Below, in pieces: positions 54,943 through 64,000 of a DNA stretch of 64,000 nt. Position 1 is the first letter of the stretch, and every line of letters starts with the position of its first letter. Source of the DNA: Octopus vulgaris (Eukaryota); assembly GCA_951406725.2 (NCBI GenBank), contig OX597825.1, positions 14,074,001 through 14,138,000 of the forward strand. The letters are read 5' to 3'. Both the position numbers and the translations under genes were made by a program. The notes beneath the pieces are model-generated. The model saw nothing but the letters and a program-made list of their open reading frames with translations, did not search any database and was not told the DNA's origin.

Positions 54943-55205
54943 GTGGAGGTGCGTGGCTTAGTGGTTAGGGTGTCAGCATCATGATCGTAAGATTGTGGTT
55001 TCGATTCCTTGACCGGGCGACACTTTGTGTTCTTGGGCGAAACACCTTATTTCACGTTGCTCCAGTCCACTCAGCTGGCAAAAATGAGTAACGCTGCGAT
55101 GTACTGGCGTCTCGTCCAGCTGGGGAACACATACGCCATTGAAACCGGGAAACCAGGCCCATGAGCCTGGCTAGGCTTTAGAAAGGCGCATTTATTTATT
55201 TTTAT
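54943..55205 (+). mobile_element. OR2-like tRNA/CORE SINE, full length
   Basis: Head GTGGAGGTGCGTGGCTTAGTGGTTAGG...GGTTTCGATTCC and an (ATTT)n tail. Confidence 0.88.
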
Positions 55206-55216
55206 TACATATATAA

Positions 55217-55418
55217 GGAGGCGCAATGGCCTAGTGGTTAGGGCAGCGGACTTGCGGTCGGAGGATCGCGGTTTCGATTCCCAGACCGGGCGTTGTGTGT
55301 GTTTATTGAGCGAAAACACCTAAAAGCTCCACGAGGCTCCGGCAGGAGGTGGTGATCCCTGCTGTACTCAAAAGGCGGTGCTCCAGCATGGCCGCAGTCA
55401 AATGACTGAAACAAGTAC
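55217..55418 (+). mobile_element. Chimera of an OR1-like SINE 5' part and a SINE-B tail
   Basis: 55217-55368 matches about 37321-37476, then switches to AAGGCGGTGCTCCAGCATGGCCGCAGTC. Confidence 0.8.
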
Positions 55419-55525
55419 AAAAAATATATTGTCGATCAAAATATGACCGCGTGTGTACTGTTGGCGATTTTTTTTTCCTTTTTCTTTCCTCTGTCTTCTC
55501 TTCTCTGGATCTTTCCTTCTCCTAT

Positions 55526-55560
55526 GTTTCCGACGAAGAGCTCCGCTCGAAACGTCAAAC
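55526..55560 (+). ncRNA. Minimal type I hammerhead motif (U4>C variant) in a Penelope-like terminal remnant (about 55440-55640)
   Basis: GTTT-CCGACGA-A-GAGC-TCC-GCTC-GAAAC-GTC^AAAC. Stems I and II are perfect. The element ends at (TA)n. Confidence 0.65.
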
Positions 55561-55656
55561 CCTCCTTCTTTCCTTCTTTCCTGAGCGTCCAATGATACTA
55601 TATTTGTTCCACGTCCTCGCGTTGTTGTGTTTTTTTGTGCTTTCATGTTTGGATTA

Positions 55657-55778
<122 letters not shown>

Positions 55779-56803
55779 TATATAGGAAAGAGGGAGATAG
55801 AAAGAAAAAGGACAGAAAAATAGGAAAAAGTGAGAAAGAAAGGCAGAGCTAAAGATAAGATCAGCAAAGCGGGAGAGAGAGAGTAAGAGAGAGAGAGAGA
55901 GAGAGGGATGGACAGAGTGGAATACATACTGCATTGACGATATTACTTGTACTATTTTAAAATAACAGAAATACTTATGATCTTTGATATTTTTATGCCG
56001 TAACAGGAAACTGTTCTCTATTTTTGTCTTCCAAAGCGGAGAGCGATCTCAGTTCTGGCACGTCATCCAATCAGAATAAACGTTACAAATACGTTCATTG
56101 AAAAGAACCTTGGCGTTCTTAAGTGTTAAGCTTTTGCATTTTGTTCCGGTTTAAACACTTTGCTTGGTTATCAATGGTATCTTTAAGAAACGCTCATATT
56201 TTTCTCTTTTCTATGCATTTTCCGTTTCCACACCAAAGAACATTCGAGTCTTAAAGAGAAATCCATTTACAATGTAAAAAGGACGGCCATTTTCAGACCG
56301 AAATCGAAGAATAGATGGGGTTGGATGGGGTTATGTGTGGCATAAAGGAAATAAAAGGAATATAGCCTAGCGTCATGATGGCCAGTCGCCAATTGTGTTG
56401 AGAGAATTTACCTGACATTTTTACTAATCGTAGCTTAGCAACAGTTTCTTTTGACGCTCAATCAGCTTCTAGTATGCGGTTATATTATATACATTTATGT
56501 GACTGTGGTGGTGGGGGCTGCAGTGAACAGCAGACGATGGAAGAGGCAGTCGACTGACAAAATAATTCTTAAACAGATAATATAAGCCAAAGCTGAAATT
56601 CTAGGAACGAAATGCTTACGGTTTCAAATCTTAAGAAGTGATTAATGATTAGATTTATTTTTGTTTATCAGTATGTCAGATTTACATGAACGAACAGAAT
56701 TGTAACCGTAAGCGTTACATCTGTGACTATCCTATCTTTCCAGTTGTACTATATCTAGGACTAATATATTCAACATGTACTTTAATATCTTGCTTATCAG
56801 TGC

Positions 56804-56915
56804 GGCGGCGAGCTGGCAGAAAGGTTAACTTTAGAGGGGTTTCGTCTGTCTTTACATCCTCAGTTCAAATTCCGCCGAGGTCGACTTTGTCTTTCATCCT
56901 TTAGGAGCCGATAAA
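56804..56915 (+). mobile_element. SINE family A, 5' fragment
   Basis: GGCGGCGAGCTGGCAGAA...CCGAGGTCGACTTTG. Confidence 0.75.
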
Positions 56916-56927
56916 AAATACGCACAA

Positions 56928-56986
<59 letters not shown>

Positions 56987-57131
56987 ATGTATGTATGTAT
57001 ACGGTTACAATTCTGTACAAGACATTGTAGATCTTTAGCTGGGCTAAAAAGTCACATTCGATCACAGCACCAGTAACAGTTAAGCTTCGTGCAATGGCCA
57101 TACTCTATAACAAGGAGGCAGCCATAATGAT

Positions 57132-57182
<51 letters not shown>

Positions 57183-58813
57183 ATACATACATACATGCAT
57201 TATACTTGAACATCCTTATCTTCCCCCACCTTCCTCACACAATAACCATTCCTCAAGTGTTCTGTTTGTTATTTCCAGAAATGTCTGACGAAAATAGTAT
57301 TAATTTTCTGAGATCGTTCAATTTACTTCAATTGATCAATAGAAATAATTCAGTAAACCTGTCAGTAATGAACCTATAATGACCACTGGAAACAGCTGTA
57401 AGCCAAATTTTCTCTAATAAAAGAATTCTATGTAATGACCATTATTTTAAAATTTCTTCCTACACACACACAAAAACACACAAACACACACACACACATA
57501 CATACATATACACATACATACACACACATACATACACACACGTATATAAATGATGTAATGGGTCACCATATTGTTTCCTTCAACCAAATTTACTCAGAGA
57601 GCATTGATCTGCAAGGAAATATAGCTGGAGACATTTTCCCAAGGTATCACGCAGTAGGACTTAAAATGGAGCCACGTGTTTGCAGAGAGATCTTCTTAAT
57701 CACACTTCAGCGCCTGTAATCAGTTATAATTCTAGAGGTGGACACAGAGACAGCACAGACAAGGTGGACTTAATCAGAGCTCGACGGGTGATGTCTTTAT
57801 TTTTCTGCTGTTGTCTTTAGTGATGTGCATCGCAGCAGAGCATTCGGAGGCTGTGGAGCTATTGATTTTGTATTCTATTTCCTGTGAGTATGTGTTTGTT
57901 ATTCATGTTTGTCAGGTGTGAGTGGAACACCTTGTATATTAGGAAGGTATAATACAGTCTTGGGGTGTTAAGTATTTAAAGAGGATTCGTCATCAGTGAC
58001 CTATATCTTTCAAATAGCAGACTGCGGGGTTAAAATTTACTTCAAAAACATATTATACTCTGTGCACAGTGGCTTACATTTCTAGTACAAGGTTTTATTA
58101 AGATATGTCATTGGGGTTTGTGTACGACTTGTTACGATGCAAAGCACTCTGATTTGTGTTGTGGTTTGCTGTAAAAGGATTGGGGATTCACAAAGGGCTG
58201 GCATGATCCACACAAAGTATTTAATATAATGTTTGTGCGTCGTTGAACTAGATTCCAGTGTTTAAGCGCGTGAATAATATTGTGGATTTGTTGCTGCCTC
58301 GGGTCCGGTTTGATTAGGTTTTGAAATTGTTTATTTCTGTCTGCTTTCTAGATTGACAAAGTTGCATGTATTTTGCATGTGATTACATCTATTTAACATG
58401 GCAACCAGATCAATATCAGTGTTTAACAGTTCAATAGAATAAAGTGTCTGAACAATAGATAGATCTTGCCGTTACGGTTTTACTTGGATAAACCCCCAGC
58501 ACAATATACGCCATTGTGTCGTGTTGGAATGAAGTCGATGATAGCGTGATGATTTATAAAAGAAAACTTCCATTGGAAGATTCAGATACGAGAAATGCAT
58601 AACTGTGATAGTTTTCTGTTACAACAAAAGACGAAGGAGATTCTAGCCACAAATGAGAAAAGGAAACAACAGATTTGCTTTATCAAAAGTAGGCATGCTT
58701 ATTAAGTTTTTCGAACGCATGAGGGATTCTTGAAGTCGAGCTAAAGTATAGGAGACCTAAGTGTAGACCAAGAGTGAGATGGTTGGAGAATGTCCATAGT
58801 CTCAGTTGCTTAC

Positions 58814-59159
58814 ATTAGGGAGTTAGCATGAAATCATAATATCTGTTGCTTTTGATAGGCCCTATGAAAGTGGTGCTGGAGGACTTAGGCCCCATGATCC
58901 TTACAGAAATATTGGGCGGCGAAAATGTATTCATGGGTTGATGGTAGATGTGATGGTCATAAGAAAAGCTTTCGTAATGGGGGAAAACTCCGGAACTTGA
59001 GATAATGAACTTTATCAATATAAGATCTGCATCGATATTCGTTCGTCAGCAGCGATATCGACATGGCTGAAAGGGTCCGGCTCTTATCATAACATCGAAA
59101 TCTCATTGAATCAATTCAAAGTTATTCTCATGATAGTGAGATAGGTTGCGCTTGTGAAT
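58814..59159 (-). other. Possible exon (UTR, terminal or non-coding) of an unknown minus-strand transcript
   Basis: Strong acceptor CTTTTTTGTTTTTTCTTTTCAG ending at 59160 within repeat-free sequence. Possible donor GTAAGC at 58813. All three frames stop early. Confidence 0.25.
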
Positions 59160-60552
59160 CTGAAAAGAAAAAACAAAAAAGTGAAACAGAATTTAACCAA
59201 AGAACATAATTCCAAAGATGCTATGATTCAGAACATATTAAAAGGATGCACTCATATGAGCCCTGTATAAAGTCATTAGAATATCCGAAGTTTAATGCAT
59301 CCATTTAAGCGCTTCAGATGTTCTTTGCATATCCAATGACCGACAAAAAACAACAACAAAAAAACAAAAGGTAAAAACGGTATCATGATGATATCACTGT
59401 ATCATGTGTTAACAGAAACAAGTGTGAATCTGGTTGAAATGTCACTTTTAAAGATATATGCATGCAACACCACAATGTGCATTTGGCAAAACGTGTTTTA
59501 AATATTAAAAAAATAGGTTTTTTTTTTAAGAAAGAGAAAAAACACTGAATTGCAAATGAAGGTTATGAAAATATCTAAGAAATTGGTCTTAGACATATTA
59601 TAAAAATCAATGAAAAAGTCAACAATTTGAAAGTTAAGAGGCAGCTTGACATTAATAGCCAGGTAACTGTAATATTGCGGAACTTCTGAATTGATTTGAA
59701 TAAATCAAAATTTAGAACTTGTAATCTTTAATACAACTTGATTGATCACTCATTGGAAAATTGTGAAATTTTGGCACATAAGCGAAAATTGATAAGAGCC
59801 TAGAAATAGTGTGTTCTGTTGTTGATGTGTGTGAAAACACAATCCTGTCTTACTGAATTTGATTAATGATTAATGATTATCTTGCAGATATGATTAATGT
59901 TAATAGTTCAACAATGATTCATGAGAATGGAAATCCAAGGCAGTTTTAGAGATTATGAGATTTCAAGACTAAAATTCTTCTTAAAAGAAATCACTGGCAA
60001 TGTTATTTTGAGACCATGATCACAAGACTTACGAATTAAACGGTTCTAGGACAACTTATTCCGGCTAATTTACTCTGCGCAATTTCCCTAATTAAGAGAA
60101 AATTAAGAAGGAGCACAACTATGGAAATGCAAATAAATCCCAAGAAAACTAATTAAAGCTAATTATGATCTCATAATTATGCTTATTCCGTTATCCTATA
60201 CGAAGGACTGTTCAATTATATAATAATATGATAATATTTCACTCTACTCTTGTTTTTTTTTTTCGGGTTTTTAAGTGAAAATAAGACACGAGTTTCAAAC
60301 ACAAAGCGATTTATTCAATCAATGATATAATTATTGTTTCGTTCTAGCATCATCTGCCATCTTGTGGATAGATCCATTTTCCCTCTTCAAAGAATTTCCT
60401 GTGTTTACTAGCGGAAAGCTTTTCATTGTTGATTTTCATATCTTCTGCGTTGGAGGTTTGACTGAAACAGGTAAAAATCTGAAGGTTGGCCAGAATCTCT
60501 CATCCAAGCTTCAGTAACTTCTGCAGCGTGAGACAAACACAGACACCCAAAT

Positions 60553-60629
<77 letters not shown>

Positions 60630-60632
<3 letters not shown>

Positions 60633-60790
60633 GACTGGTTTCTTTCACTTTCCGTCTACCGATTCCACTCACAAGGCTTTGGTTCGACCGAGGCTTTATT
60701 AGAAGACACTTGCCCAAGATGCCATGCAGTGGGACTGAACCCGGAACCATGTGGCTGGAAGCAAGCTTCTTACCAGACAGTTACTTCTGC
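60630..60790 (-). mobile_element. SINE family B, 5' part
   Basis: Reverse complement of the head and CORE-like segment, between (CA)n and (TATC)n. Confidence 0.8.
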
Positions 60791-60791
60791 G

Positions 60792-61470
<679 letters not shown>

Positions 61471-61902
61471 TATATATATTATACATATACATACATGCAA
61501 ACCCATATATGGGATGAAGAGAGAGAAAGAGACAGACAGAAACGGACAACATTTGAAAGTAGAATAAGCTGAGAAAAATGCAATCTCCGCTTCTCTAAAC
61601 AAACACGGAGAGGTTGATGGGCCAGCAGAGGTGTGGGTGTTAGCAGGGGCGGGAGTTAGCAGAGTTTTGCAAGGGGTTGCGGGGGTTAGGGAGTAGGATG
61701 AAGTGGTGGATCACTAGGTCCCAAATTATCTATTATCTTCAACAAACCTAACGCCTGCGTAAAATGATGAGAAAATAATTGCAACAAATTTCTGGCACCG
61801 ATGAAACTGGTCGTTAAAATAGATGGAATTTCAGAAAGAGTGGATGAGTTAGAATTGTGAATGAATAGATGTGTGCGTACATGTGTATGGATATATATAT
61901 GC

Positions 61903-61969
<67 letters not shown>

Positions 61970-62165
61970 AAGTGTGTGTGTGTGTGTATGTTGGGGGTTT
62001 GTGTTTGTGCATTGGCGCGTAAGTAGTCGCGCGTAGACAACGTCATCGCACATTCATACACACACATCTACACGCAGACATACATACATACATATATACA
62101 TATATGTACATATATACACATACTTATGCTTACATCCAGACAAACACACAAGCACGAATGCACGG

Positions 62166-62198
<33 letters not shown>

Positions 62199-62455
62199 TA
62201 CACGTACAGAGAATACCAACACAATTGTTGACACAAATGGCTGGGTGAAAAACTGTTTATATGTGCGTGTGTGTGAATTTTTGTGTGCATGTATATATAC
62301 ATATATGTATGTATGTGTGTATGTTTGTATCTAGGAATGTATATCTAAGAGTATAAGCATGTATATGTCCATATACGCATATGCATTCATACATGACCTA
62401 TATGTATATTTATATACTAATACATACATATATTTTGCGCCTCTCCCTCTCTCTG

Positions 62456-62536
<81 letters not shown>

Positions 62537-62973
62537 GTGCATGCTGTATTTTTATGCATTTGTGTGTTATTTGTGTGCATTATTACATGTACTTACATTT
62601 GAATGCAAAAATGCCTGTTTGTTCACGCCTATATCTATGCACTGCACAATTCTTATCACCTGGTAATTACATCTTTTAAGGTAATAAATAATAAACTATA
62701 CAAGCGTGCATATATGCAATTATTTACTGTAGAATATATCTATACATTTTAGCCGTCACTATTTTGATTTCTACATAAATTATAGAAGCGTGGTATTGTG
62801 TTTCACTGCTGTTCTGAACTGTAGAGTATATACATTATTTACATTTGACGGATATGTAAATAATGTACGTAATTCCTCATCTCTTAAATATAGAATTGTA
62901 GTGTATATCTATATATATTTTAGGCGACACTATCTTATCCCTATAGATAATATCTTCGCGAACAGTAAAAGAA

Positions 62974-63107
62974 TTGTTGTAAAGATTGTTTGCCAAAATA
63001 AAATGGCAGTCCTGGTTTAGGACTAATTTTACTGTAATTTAGCCCCCGGAGACATTAGTCCTAAACCAGGACTGCTATGCTATTTTGGAAAACAATCTTT
63101 ACTACAA
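62974..63107. repeat. Palindrome of about 134 bp (MITE-like)
   Basis: TTGTTGTAAAGATTGTTTGCCAAAATA..GCAGTCCTGGTTTAGGACTAAT pairs with ATTAGTCCTAAACCAGGACTGC..TATTTTGGAAAACAATCTTTACTACAA. Confidence 0.85.
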
Positions 63108-63155
63108 AGTACTGTTGCTGAATATCTCACGTTGTGAGATTTAAAAATAGTACAG

Positions 63156-63315
63156 TTCTATATTTAAGAGATGAGGAATTGTGTATATTATTTACATTAT
63201 TTACAATTGACGGATATTTGTCCTCATCTTGTTTGTTGTTAACACAACATTTCAGCTGATATACTCTCCAGCCTTCTTCAGGTGACTTAGGGAAATTTCT
63301 AACCTGGGATCTCAT
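63156..63315 (-). mobile_element. Family E 3' part with a decayed hammerhead (63241-63286)
   Basis: Minus strand: GTCAC-CTGAAGA-AGGCTG..CAGCT-GAAAT-GTT-GTGTT, followed by the family tail. Confidence 0.75.
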
Positions 63316-63367
63316 GTGAAAGAAATAAAACCTTGTTAATTGGTTCGAAGAGAGTACTATACTATAG

Positions 63368-63529
63368 ACGCAGGGATGGATGTGTGGTAAGAAGCTTGCT
63401 TACGAACCACAAGGTTCAGGATTCAGTCCCACTGCGTGGCTCCTTAGGCAAGTGTCTTCTACTGTGGCCTCATTCTGATGGAAGCCTTGTGAGTGAATTT
63501 GGTAAACGGAAACTGAAAGAAGCCCATCG

Positions 63530-63608
<79 letters not shown>

Positions 63609-63800
63609 TGTATATGTTTGTGTGCGTGTTTGTGTTAGTCCCCTACCATCGCATGACAACCGGTGTTGATGTGTTTACGTCCTCGTAACTTAGCGGTTCG
63701 GCACAAGAGACCGATAGAATAAGTACTAGTCTTAGAAAGAATAAGTCCTGGGTCGCTTTGTTCGAATAAAGGTAGTGCTCCAGCATGGCCGCAGTCAAAT
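63368..63800 (+). mobile_element. SINE family B
   Basis: Head, CORE-like segment, internal (TA)n and 3' part. Confidence 0.85.
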
Positions 63801-63887
63801 TCTTGAAATGCCCAATCGCACTTAATATGTATGTACATATATATATATATACATACACACACACGCGCACACACACGCGCACACACA

Positions 63888-63953
<66 letters not shown>

Positions 63954-64000
63954 CATACATACATCAGACATACATATATTGATACATGTATGCATGTCTA

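Noticed and set aside
61640-61700. G-quadruplex or promoter GC box
   Set aside because: The G-runs are irregularly spaced and no transcript evidence is available from sequence alone.

Overview
AT-rich eukaryotic (animal) intergenic or intronic DNA made almost entirely of repeats. No intact protein-coding gene can be supported, and nearly all ORFs in the track are microsatellite or SINE artefacts. The SINE families resemble those of Octopus (recalled similarity, not searched). Contents: several tRNA-derived SINE families (labelled A, B and OR-like here); decayed Ty3/Gypsy, RTE-BovB, CR1-group and Penelope-like RT fragments; Tc1/mariner (maT-like) and other transposase remnants; two non-autonomous Helitrons; MITEs and palindromes; many microsatellites; and a 25-bp minisatellite. 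The most interesting signal is non-coding. At least four unrelated repeat families carry type I hammerhead ribozyme (HHR) motifs. One is a 534-bp head-to-tail array (4 copies plus about 1.9 inverted copies, 47003-50180) with one HHR per unit, retrozyme or Penelope-pLTR-like. Another is a tRNA-headed SINE-like element that ends in a minimal HHR. Several HHR-bearing elements end in (TA)n tracts. Coordinates were read by eye and may be off by a few bases.
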